A stretch of 60,277 nt of DNA from Candidatus Thorarchaeota archaeon (lineage in GTDB: Archaea > Asgardarchaeota > Thorarchaeia > Thorarchaeales > Thorarchaeaceae). Shown here one piece after another: positions 29,347-37,608 of the stretch (positions are counted from its first letter, which is position 1; each line of letters begins with the position of its first letter). A model generated the notes under the pieces. It saw nothing but the letters and a program-made list of their open reading frames with translations. It did not search any database and was not told the origin of the DNA. The stretch spans positions 1-60,277 of the forward strand of contig PRDH01000028.1 of the NCBI GenBank assembly GCA_003345545.1, written 5' to 3'. The translations under genes were made by a program, and so were the position numbers.

Positions 29347-29891
29347 TGGTTCGCTCCTCCTGTCCTTGTCGGTGTTTTTGGTGGAGTGATGCCTGTCTCA
29401 TCCAAGCGGCTTCTGTCAGTTTGGAATCTCTTGCGAAGAGGAAAAGCTCCCTCAAGTTCATCCGGTAGAAGGAGCAGCCGAGGGTCAGGATGATTCTTGA
29501 ATTCAATCCCGAACATCTCTCGAGTTTCACGTTCGTGCCATTCAAAGCCGGGGAAGATGTCACAAGTACTCTCGATCTCAGGTCTCTCCCCTTCCAACGA
29601 CACTCTCAGTTGGAGCAGTAATCGATTTGAGTGAGACCAAATGATGTAGATAAGCTCGTACTTGTCGTTTTCAAGATCGATTCCAAAGACCGATTCAGGA
29701 AGAGCGTCATGCACTTCCTCGTTGATCATCGTCACAACCTGTCGAATCTTATTAGCAGGCACCAGCAGCTCAATCTGATTCGCACCCAAAGACCTAGAAC
29801 CGACCTCGGGATGCTTATTGATGAGCTTTCTTGCGAAAGCTGAAGCGTCAATGGTGGAGGATTGTGACAGCTCATCTTCCCTCCATCTCAA
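29343..29891 (-). CDS. nuoC: Complex I subunit C
   Basis: WHERETREMFGIEFKNHPDPRLLLLP...FPLRK; start codon uncertain. Confidence 0.9.
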   Translation of the reverse strand: MRWREDELSQSSTIDASAFARKLINKHPEVGSRSLGANQIELLVPANKIRQVVTMINEEVHDALPESVFGIDLENDKYELIYIIWSHSNRLLLQLRVSLEGERPEIESTCDIFPGFEWHERETREMFGIEFKNHPDPRLLLLPDELEGAFPLRKRFQTDRSRLDETGITPPKTPTRTGGANQ

Positions 29892-30186
29892 TTGGCTTGC
29901 CTAGGTCAACCGAATTGTATCGACGGTTATACATCAGCATCAAGACCAATGCTAGCGCAGTATGTGCAGCAGAAACAGAGATGACGAGCATGATTAAGCC
30001 CTGACCTGTGAAGTAGAACACCGGGTTGTATAGAGAGATGGCAACCAGGGCAATATTGGCTCCATTGCCCATTATCTCAGCTCCTATCAGGATTCTAATG
30101 AGGTTCCTTTTCACCATCATCCCGTATCCACCTAACCCTATCATCATGAAAGAGAGCACCAAATACCAGGTGAGCGGGATCATCAA
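29872..30186 (-). CDS. nuoK: Complex I subunit K
   Basis: RNLIRILIGAEIM..GANI, three TM helices. Confidence 0.85.
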   Translation of the reverse strand: MMIPLTWYLVLSFMMIGLGGYGMMVKRNLIRILIGAEIMGNGANIALVAISLYNPVFYFTGQGLIMLVISVSAAHTALALVLMLMYNRRYNSVDLGKPIEMEGR

Positions 30187-30827
30187 GCATCAACCTCCTT
30201 GGATTCATCGATAGTTCGCACATCATCAGCAATGGTTCGCTCATCTTTGGTAGAGCTTGCCTCTCCTCCAGAAGCCCCGATGATAACTCCGAGCTGCTCA
30301 GCTTTGTCGATCTTCAAAAGGGCGATTGCGCCCACGAGAGCGGTGAGGATGATCAGGGCGACCATCTGCACGTAGATACCATTCTCAGACCACAACCAGA
30401 GCGCAAGACCATTCAGATCTTGCGAGATACTAACGAATGCCTCATTGAATGACTCAGCCCATGGGAAGATGATCGCAAGAAAGCCAGTAAGTACTGTCAC
30501 GACTGCTGAAATGAGGAGACCAATATGACGAACTCTGGCGGACGCGAATTTCTCTAGAGTCGAGTCTTGGACTCTTGGTAATATGAGAACTGCAAAAATA
30601 ATCAAAGCGCTGATTCCACCAGTGTACACGGCAATCTGCATTCCAGCAATGAAGGGCGCTTCAAGCAGAAGGAAGAAACCAGCGACAAAAGATGCCATGA
30701 AACCAAAGAAGAATGCGGCATAGACTATCTCCTTATGCTCCAGGGCCAGATATGCAAGCACCAGGACCATGCCTGCCAAGAATAGAAACTCGATCTGCTC
30801 GAATAACGCAGGATCAAAACCTTGCAT
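30183..30827 (-). CDS. nuoJ: Complex I subunit J
   Basis: LLLEAPFIAGMQIAVYTGGI motif; five TM helices. Confidence 0.88.
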   Translation of the reverse strand: MQGFDPALFEQIEFLFLAGMVLVLAYLALEHKEIVYAAFFFGFMASFVAGFFLLLEAPFIAGMQIAVYTGGISALIIFAVLILPRVQDSTLEKFASARVRHIGLLISAVVTVLTGFLAIIFPWAESFNEAFVSISQDLNGLALWLWSENGIYVQMVALIILTALVGAIALLKIDKAEQLGVIIGASGGEASSTKDERTIADDVRTIDESKEVDA

Positions 30828-30829
30828 CT

Positions 30830-31297
30830 CTATCGACCTCCCGCAGCCAACTGCTCTTGTTCTCTCTCAGCCTTCATCTTCCTGTATAACTCAACAGTCT
30901 CTCTGCCATCGAGGAATGTGTGTGGAATCATTTTCAAGGAAAAACCAATTCCGCCCATGATTATGAAAATGAAGACGATAACCTGCCATACAACCTCATA
31001 TTTGGTAGCGTCAGCCCATAGAATGGTCGAGGAAGAGAGGAGCCAAAGAAATGCGCCCATCACGTCGACAACTACAAAGAGCACAGTGTATACGAAGTAG
31101 TTGTAAGGATAGGAAATGCGTGAGGGACCTACTGGTACCTCGCCACATTCGTATGTCGAGGTCTTCTCGGAGTTCTGGAGAACATGAGGTCGTAGCACCC
31201 AGGAGGCTAGCAGCATTACAATGACGAGAATTATCGCAAGTAGCGCCCAGACTACGACAGGGAAGAAATCCAAGAACAATCTAGTGGTTTGTATCAT
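30830..31297 (-). CDS. nuoA: Complex I subunit A
   Basis: KTSTYECGE.P loop, LFVVVDV; three TM helices. Confidence 0.9.
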   Translation of the reverse strand: MIQTTRLFLDFFPVVVWALLAIILVIVMLLASWVLRPHVLQNSEKTSTYECGEVPVGPSRISYPYNYFVYTVLFVVVDVMGAFLWLLSSSTILWADATKYEVVWQVIVFIFIIMGGIGFSLKMIPHTFLDGRETVELYRKMKAEREQEQLAAGGR

Positions 31298-31416
31298 TCT
31301 TTGAAACCATCCTCTTGAGAGACTCCAGTGCCAAAGGCCGTTTTGTAGTTCTTCGACCTCTCACTATGTGTCGAGACTGATTATGGTCTGCAGTCTGCGC
31401 TAGACTTACCCGCGTA

Positions 31417-31437
31417 GGAAAGCAGCATGATAAAAAC
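31417..31437 (-). promoter_or_regulatory. Putative TATA-containing promoter of the nuoA operon
   Basis: Minus strand GTTTTTATCATGCTGCTTTCC, 18/21 identical to 34411..34431. Confidence 0.5.
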
Positions 31438-31515
31438 GCTTCGGGAAACCTCGCAAAGAAGTTATATACTGTCAGACATCGAGCAGCTACTTGACATAGG
31501 TTTCTACTGTGTCGG

Positions 31516-31881
31516 GTGATTCATTTGGCTCGCGGCGAAGAAGGAAAATTCTTCTACTACCTATCGCTCCTAATTGGAATGTCTCTTCTGGGAGCCTACA
31601 TGTGGATAGTAATGAGTGCGGCACTTGCTCCGCAGTACGTGTTTTTCCATTTGATCCTTTTCATGAGCGGGATTCTACTCATTGCCTCGGCGTTCGGATT
31701 TGTTGCTGCTGATACCCGATCAAGTAGAGTAGCACTGACAATAGTTTCTGGCGTTTTTGGCGGTATTCATGCGTATCTCATCTTCGTTCTGTTTGAGTAT
31801 CTCACGAATGTCATCCTGTTTGCACTCATGGCTCTTGGGCTCATGATTGCATTTGCTGCTTTCAACTGGCTCTACGATTGA
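31516..31881 (+). CDS. Small four-TM membrane protein
   Basis: 121 aa, almost entirely hydrophobic; TTATAT upstream at about 31462. Confidence 0.7.
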   Translation: MIHLARGEEGKFFYYLSLLIGMSLLGAYMWIVMSAALAPQYVFFHLILFMSGILLIASAFGFVAADTRSSRVALTIVSGVFGGIHAYLIFVLFEYLTNVILFALMALGLMIAFAAFNWLYD

Positions 31882-31891
31882 AGCGAAATCC

Positions 31892-32425
31892 CTACTCATT
31901 AGGAACAGCAGATGCAGGATCAACAGCATCAGCGGCTTTCTCGGGTTTTGTTTCAGTCTTAGGTGCAGCTTCTTCCGCAGGTTTTTGTTCAGCACCGTAA
32001 CGTAGTGACCCTACATCCAACATGCCCGGAGAGTAACTCTCTTCGCGAGTATGCATCACCGAGAAACCTCCGGCTGTCAGTACCGAACCTCCAAGCCCCC
32101 AGGCCGAGAGATACAGTGTAGTCCCAACTGCAGGGAGAGCATTCACAAATTCATCAACAAAGATTACGAAGAAAAAGCCAACAACAATCGATAGTGCCAT
32201 CATCAGGCTCTTTCCTTTACCTCTCGCAGGTCGGAAATATCCAACTAACAGGAATACTAACAATAGGGAAGTCCCACTTAGGAGAGCGAAGGCACTTCCA
32301 ATGACCAGCACCGATTCTGGCATCAAGAAGCCAAGATAGATGAAATTGAAGATGAACGATGACAGAATGATGATTCCTAGCCAGAGCATGCAAAACGGGT
32401 CGCTATCTTGTCGAATCGACATCAC
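31892..32425 (-). CDS. Four-TM membrane protein with Ala/Glu/Pro/Lys-rich tail, translationally coupled to the FAD-NuoB fusion
   Basis: 4-nt overlap with the upstream stop; four hydrophobic segments. Confidence 0.7.
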   Translation of the reverse strand: MMSIRQDSDPFCMLWLGIIILSSFIFNFIYLGFLMPESVLVIGSAFALLSGTSLLLVFLLVGYFRPARGKGKSLMMALSIVVGFFFVIFVDEFVNALPAVGTTLYLSAWGLGGSVLTAGGFSVMHTREESYSPGMLDVGSLRYGAEQKPAEEAAPKTETKPEKAADAVDPASAVPNE

Positions 32426-34362
32426 TGTATCAGCCCCATCGCATCCTGGTTTTCATATCTTCTTTGCCAGTGAGTCGTGCCAGCTCGTATTTTGTTCTGA
32501 AGAATCAGATGTGCCCGAATGAAATCTGCCGGCTTCGGAGGACAGCCCGGCAAGTAGACATCGACAGGTACTACCTTGTCCGGAGGCGTCATCAGGCTGT
32601 ATCCCTCCCAGAAGAGGCCTCCTGAAGCAACGCATTGACCAAAAGCGATCACATACTTGGGCTCAGGCATCTGCTCGTAAATCCTCCTGAGCCGTGGTGC
32701 CATCTTCTTGGTGAGCGAACCTGAGATCCACAGAACATCGGTCTGTCTCGGACCAAACAGGGGTAGCATACCAAATCGTTCAAAGTCCCATCGTGGAGCT
32801 ATCCCTGCAGCACCTTCCACCATGCAACATCCTATACCATACTGCATCGGCCAGGGACTATGGGCGCGTCCCCATCTGAGTACCCACTTCAGTGGCGGCA
32901 CATTCTGCAACCATTTCAGCAGAATGGGAGCGATCCGACCCCAACCATTTCTGAACAGATCAAAGAAGATCCACATGAAGTATTTCCCGATTCTCAAGAT
33001 GAACGGTAGCCAGTAGGCAAATATCTTCCCGGGATTCGAGATCTCCTTCTTGTCCCATTGAAGTTTCGCTGCTCGAATTCGGGACAGCCGTTCTTTTCCA
33101 AAGTACTGATATGCGTAGTTTGCGAACCAAATTCCTGTGGAGTGCACATGCCCTCCATGACGTTGTGCAATTTTGAATATGACAAAGCTCTGTGACCACG
33201 AGAGCATGTAGAAGTGTCTTCGCTCATCTTCAAGGAAGTAGCCCATCATAGTCACTCCGGTCTTTGAGTTGACGTAGCCATCGATCCCAGCTTTCGCAGA
33301 GGCTTGTTCATACTGGAAATCATCAAGGATTGCAACGAGATTCTCGAGAGGCGCAAAAGCTTGACCGACTACCAGAGTTGGCCCTCTCTTCTTGATCTTC
33401 ATTGGATAGTAGCGCAGCTGCCATTCATGTTCTGCAAACTCATCATCATAGACACGCCCTCGATACATCTCAGTGACTTCGCGGACAACTCTCAACCCCT
33501 CTTCTGTTTCTTCCTCGTTGCCCTCATATGCAATCATCAGTGAACAATGATTGGCCGGTATCGGGAACGGCTTCTTGCCCTCCCAAATGGCCTTTTTGAG
33601 GTCGGTGTACTTTGACTCCTCGAATTTCATCGTGTACGGAAGTGGGCCATCTTCGAGTATCTTCTCAATTGCAAGAACCATCTGATAGTTTTCTTCAAAA
33701 CTGGAAACAATGACCTTCATCGGCGTGAGGGTTTTTATCTTGAGAGTGGCTTTGGTGATGATACCCAGTATTCCTTCAGTGTCGCAGAAAAGGCCAAAAT
33801 CCTTCGTGTTGACTATTCTTCCTGTTGGCAGAACCACTTCGAGCTCGATTATGTTCTCATTGATCTTTCCATACTTCAACGAGCCAATGCCATCGCCACC
33901 TTGGGCAATCCAGCCACCCACAGTCGCTGAGATACCAGATGATGGATAACATCGTATATCCAGACCCTTCCTGTTCAACGCAAACTGAAGATTCGCCCAA
34001 GAGATTCCTGGTTCAACCGTGACAGTGAGATTCTCAGAGTCAACGTCAAGAATCCTGTCCATTCGGCGCATATCAACAATGATGCCTCCTTTTCTTGGAA
34101 TCGCGCCGCCATATCCTGATGTTCCTGCCGCTCTGGGGACGAGGGGGATCTTGTGTTTTCGCGCCAGCTCATAGAGCGCCTGTATCTCTTCAGGAGTCAG
34201 AGGTTGAACAAGGGCGTCGGGCTTTGTGTTCATGAGCCAACCGACTTGCTTTGGAAGAGAACCAACGTCTTGCCCAAACAGAATCAGCTCATGCTTCGCA
34301 GTGATTAAGCGGTCTCCGAAAATCTTGCCTAGTTCTTCAACCAGCTTTTGATCAAGGACCAT
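32422..34362 (-). CDS. Fusion of a GlcD/Dld-type FAD-binding oxidoreductase (N-terminal) and NuoB [4Fe-4S] N2 subunit (C-terminal)
   Basis: FAD part: PRAAGTSGYGG, TVEPGI, SATVGGWIA, EGILGIITKATL, NPGK. NuoB part: WGRAHSPWP, GIGCCMVE, PRQTD, QMPEPKYVIAFGQC, VDVYLPGCPP. One uninterrupted frame; likely start MVLDQ at 34362 with GGAGA upstream. Confidence 0.9.
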   Translation of the reverse strand: MVLDQKLVEELGKIFGDRLITAKHELILFGQDVGSLPKQVGWLMNTKPDALVQPLTPEEIQALYELARKHKIPLVPRAAGTSGYGGAIPRKGGIIVDMRRMDRILDVDSENLTVTVEPGISWANLQFALNRKGLDIRCYPSSGISATVGGWIAQGGDGIGSLKYGKINENIIELEVVLPTGRIVNTKDFGLFCDTEGILGIITKATLKIKTLTPMKVIVSSFEENYQMVLAIEKILEDGPLPYTMKFEESKYTDLKKAIWEGKKPFPIPANHCSLMIAYEGNEEETEEGLRVVREVTEMYRGRVYDDEFAEHEWQLRYYPMKIKKRGPTLVVGQAFAPLENLVAILDDFQYEQASAKAGIDGYVNSKTGVTMMGYFLEDERRHFYMLSWSQSFVIFKIAQRHGGHVHSTGIWFANYAYQYFGKERLSRIRAAKLQWDKKEISNPGKIFAYWLPFILRIGKYFMWIFFDLFRNGWGRIAPILLKWLQNVPPLKWVLRWGRAHSPWPMQYGIGCCMVEGAAGIAPRWDFERFGMLPLFGPRQTDVLWISGSLTKKMAPRLRRIYEQMPEPKYVIAFGQCVASGGLFWEGYSLMTPPDKVVPVDVYLPGCPPKPADFIRAHLILQNKIRAGTTHWQRRYENQDAMGLIQ

Positions 34363-34410
34363 GAGTCCACTCTCCAGCTCATGAGCAGAGCCGCTTACAA
34401 ATCGAGGCTT

Positions 34411-34431
34411 GGAGAGCAGGAAGATAAAAAC
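34411..34431 (-). promoter_or_regulatory. Putative TATA-containing promoter of the FAD-NuoB fusion gene
   Basis: Minus strand GTTTTTATCTTCCTGCTCTCC, matching the motif upstream of nuoA. Confidence 0.5.
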
Positions 34432-34564
34432 ATAGCGTAGTAATGCATGCACAATTCGTTTTGCGAGGCCCGAGAGCAGATTGCTTCATCTGGTCGCGGT
34501 CCAAATGGAAGGATTTTAAGGAGCATTGCACCGAAATTCCTGAGTGATTCATTCTCGGAGATAA

Positions 34565-35797
34565 GTGACGATGGACTTTCCAACACTGAATGAATACGAT
34601 CTTCAAAGATACGCATTCACTTGCGCTCAGTGCAGTTTCTGTCAAGTAGGTCATGGTGCTTGTCCCACCTACAAAGTGAAGCGGCGCGAAACATATTCAG
34701 GCAAGGGCAAGATGCTCTTGACCCGAGCATTGATGCAAGGTCGAATCAAACCATCCGAGGGTCTCGAGGGTCTGAGGGACGGAATTTTTGGCTGTACTCT
34801 GTGTGGAGGTTGTGAAGAGGTCTGCCATGTGGATATCCCGTTCGTGAAGCTCTATCAGGTGATGCGCTCGGAGTTCAAGAAGCGAAATATGTGGCCCGAA
34901 AGACTGCAGACGGCAAAGGACACACTATTGAAGACTTTTAATATTCAAGGCCAGGCACAAATGGATAGGATAGAGGGATGGTCCTATTGGACTCCTAACG
35001 AGAATGAATTGCTGGGCAAACAGGGGACTCCAGCAAAGACTGCCTTCTTCGTTGGATGTGCGTCTTCGTTTCGGGGCGTTTCGATTCAAGCCACAATTGC
35101 CACGACACTGATCCTAGATAGGATTGGAGAAGAGTATACTATGCTGGGCGAACAAGAATACTGCTGCGGCGCGCCGCTTATCATGTCAGGCGATTTCGAG
35201 GGGGCAAGAGCTCTCGCAGAGCATAATATTCAGAAGTATAGAGAGCTCGGCGTTGAAACGATAGTAACCAACTGCCCGGGTTGCTACAAGATGTGGGCTC
35301 ATGAGTACCATGAGTTCTTGGGTATCGATCATGGTTTTGAGATTCGCTATGGCTATGAATATCTTGCAGATCTTCTTGATAGAGGGAAACTGACAGGTTT
35401 CAATACTCCTCTTAATGCCACAGTCACGTTCCACGATGGTTGCGACGCTGGTAGGAATACAGGATTCTATGAAGAGCCAAGGAAAGTACTGGAGAGTATA
35501 CCGGGCGTGACATTTGAAGAACTCCCGCACAACAAAGCAAACTGCTATTGTTGTGGTTCCGGAGGCGTACTGAGAGCCATTGATGCCGAATTCGCCAATC
35601 AGATCAATAGACTCAAGGTAGAAGATATCGAAGCCACAAATGCAGAAATCGTAGCGTCTGGTTGTCCATCTTGCGTAGACTTTATGCATGCTCAACTTCC
35701 ACAGGCAGGTTCGAATAAGATGGTGAAAGATCTTGCTGTCCTTGTCGCGCAAGCTCTTGGTCTGTCTTGGGACGGGCTTGATGAGATATATGGCTGA
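34565..35797 (+). CDS. Fe-S oxidoreductase, GlcF/HdrD-like (2x[4Fe-4S] plus two CCG domains)
   Basis: CAQCSFC...CP, CTLCGGCEEVC, FVGC, YCCG, NCPGC, HDGC, YCCGSGG, GCPSC. Confidence 0.9.
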   Translation: MTMDFPTLNEYDLQRYAFTCAQCSFCQVGHGACPTYKVKRRETYSGKGKMLLTRALMQGRIKPSEGLEGLRDGIFGCTLCGGCEEVCHVDIPFVKLYQVMRSEFKKRNMWPERLQTAKDTLLKTFNIQGQAQMDRIEGWSYWTPNENELLGKQGTPAKTAFFVGCASSFRGVSIQATIATTLILDRIGEEYTMLGEQEYCCGAPLIMSGDFEGARALAEHNIQKYRELGVETIVTNCPGCYKMWAHEYHEFLGIDHGFEIRYGYEYLADLLDRGKLTGFNTPLNATVTFHDGCDAGRNTGFYEEPRKVLESIPGVTFEELPHNKANCYCCGSGGVLRAIDAEFANQINRLKVEDIEATNAEIVASGCPSCVDFMHAQLPQAGSNKMVKDLAVLVAQALGLSWDGLDEIYG

Positions 35798-35851
35798 TCA
35801 ATAAGAAACCCCTTCGGCAGCCTATTAACAGTAGTCAACTAATCATTTCTG

Positions 35852-37114
35852 ATGAATAATCGATCGACAGTCAAGAGCAGGTATGAAAGGAAATGGATCT
35901 ACGAAGAGATTGTAGACCGAATACCACCATTCAGATGGATGCCCCCGTCTTATGAGGTAATTGCGCAGTTGCTTCTTGTGGAGGCCATTGGTGTGATAGC
36001 GTTCATCTATTTTCAGATGCCAGCCGAAGCTGCAATATTCGGTTCACTAGCAATCATCTATACTGTGGTCTGGTCCTCCGGATGTCTTTACGTTGTTCCA
36101 TGGCTCAGAAGACTTAGAGATCCCACTAATGAAGCTGAATACAAAATTCTTCAGGATTACAAGAACCGAATTCTCTTGGACCGGAAGCTGGAACTCATTG
36201 GTGGTGTTGTTTGTTTTGTCGCTGTCGTGCTCTACCTTTTAATCGACACTGATTATCTTCGGTATTTTCTTGGTGCGGGTTTCGGGAATCCATTCTTGTT
36301 CATTCTTATTCTTGTGTTGGCGTGGGACATCAGTTATCGATTGGGACTGTCGCTAGTAACAACCTTCTTCGCAGCAGTCCGATCCATAACGCTCAGTGCT
36401 GCTGCAAGAAAGCGAAGAGGGTTGGCCTACACAGCTTATTCCGAAGTCAGAACCCTCAAGCATCTTGACATGATTAACCTGTATTGGGGCCTCAGTGCTC
36501 TTCTTCTTCTACCTCTAGCTCTTCAATCGTATTTCTTGCTGCTTGGACTTTCCGTGTTTCTAGCAGGAATAATGGGACTTTCTACACTTAGTCTGCTAGC
36601 GATGGAAACTGTCCCTTGGTTTCCTCCAGATGTTGAAAGTATTCTCCATCATGAAAGATTCGCATATGTGAATGCATGCTCGAAGAATCAGCCACATGTG
36701 ACACCCGTCATCTTTGTCTACGATGGCAAGTATCTGTATTTCGCTATCTCCGTGGCTTCGGCCAAATACCGAATCATCAAGAAGAATCCGAAGATCGCGG
36801 TCTTAGTCGATATGCGGGATCGTGAGTCACCAATGAAGAATAGAGCTGTGCTCTTGATTGGAAAAGGAATGATTCTGGGAGAACTTTCAGTCATAGGGGC
36901 ATTCAGACTCTTTCTTCATGGTCTATGGCTTATCCGAGTTAGAGGGCTGTTCTCCAAGAAATATCCAATGTACATCAAGTACTATGCTGATCAAGCTAAT
37001 GATTTGCCACCAGCTTGGCGTAACAAGCCATTCCTTTCGAGAGTAATTGTACGCCTAGAACCTGAGAAGATAACTTACTGGCGTGAGGCACGACCAACAA
37101 CTCTGCGAGCGTGA
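35852..37114 (+). CDS. Multi-TM membrane protein fused to a C-terminal PNPOx-like (FMN/F420 split-barrel) domain
   Basis: About 6 TMs, then QPHVTPVIFVYDG...KYRIIKKNPKIAVLVD. Confidence 0.75.
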   Translation: MNNRSTVKSRYERKWIYEEIVDRIPPFRWMPPSYEVIAQLLLVEAIGVIAFIYFQMPAEAAIFGSLAIIYTVVWSSGCLYVVPWLRRLRDPTNEAEYKILQDYKNRILLDRKLELIGGVVCFVAVVLYLLIDTDYLRYFLGAGFGNPFLFILILVLAWDISYRLGLSLVTTFFAAVRSITLSAAARKRRGLAYTAYSEVRTLKHLDMINLYWGLSALLLLPLALQSYFLLLGLSVFLAGIMGLSTLSLLAMETVPWFPPDVESILHHERFAYVNACSKNQPHVTPVIFVYDGKYLYFAISVASAKYRIIKKNPKIAVLVDMRDRESPMKNRAVLLIGKGMILGELSVIGAFRLFLHGLWLIRVRGLFSKKYPMYIKYYADQANDLPPAWRNKPFLSRVIVRLEPEKITYWREARPTTLRA

Positions 37115-37118
37115 GATC

Positions 37119-37604
37119 ATGACACTTAGATTACCTCCGCGTGATTCTGCTAGGAAGACTGCAGATATTCCTGCCGCGGCTTTGGAGATCCTTCGAGATG
37201 GATTCTTTGCATACTTAGGTACAACTGACCTAGAATGCAATCCACATGTGACACCGATGTTCTATGTTTGGGATGATGAAACCAGAACAATCCATCTCGT
37301 CACCTCAAGACAGAGTAAGAAAGCTCTCAATATCAGACGCAACAAGAACGTGAGCATAACTGTAGACCAGCGGGATCCAGTGTCTCCAGCACGCAATGTC
37401 GGTGTCATGGTGCGAGGGAGAGGCTATCTCGTTGAAACGGAACGTGTCGATGACAAGCTGATGGCTAATTACCTAGAGAAGTATGCTGGTTTCCTTGGCA
37501 CAGGATATCCATTAGGTTCTAGAATAGCAATCCGTGTAATCCCAAGAGCAGTCTTCTATTGGAAGGGAACCAGCTTTTACACTTGGAAGAGCAGAAAGTC
37601 GTAG
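37119..37604 (+). CDS. PNPOx-like (FMN/F420 split-barrel) protein
   Basis: NPHVTPMFYVWD...SKKALNIRRNKNVSITVD. Confidence 0.82.
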   Translation: MTLRLPPRDSARKTADIPAAALEILRDGFFAYLGTTDLECNPHVTPMFYVWDDETRTIHLVTSRQSKKALNIRRNKNVSITVDQRDPVSPARNVGVMVRGRGYLVETERVDDKLMANYLEKYAGFLGTGYPLGSRIAIRVIPRAVFYWKGTSFYTWKSRKS

Positions 37605-37608
37605 ATAC

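Noticed and set aside
28210-29891. Group 4 [NiFe]-hydrogenase (Ech/Mbh/Hyf)
   Set aside because: The large subunit lacks both CxxC pairs, the small subunit has the tandem CC of NuoB, and no maturation genes are present.
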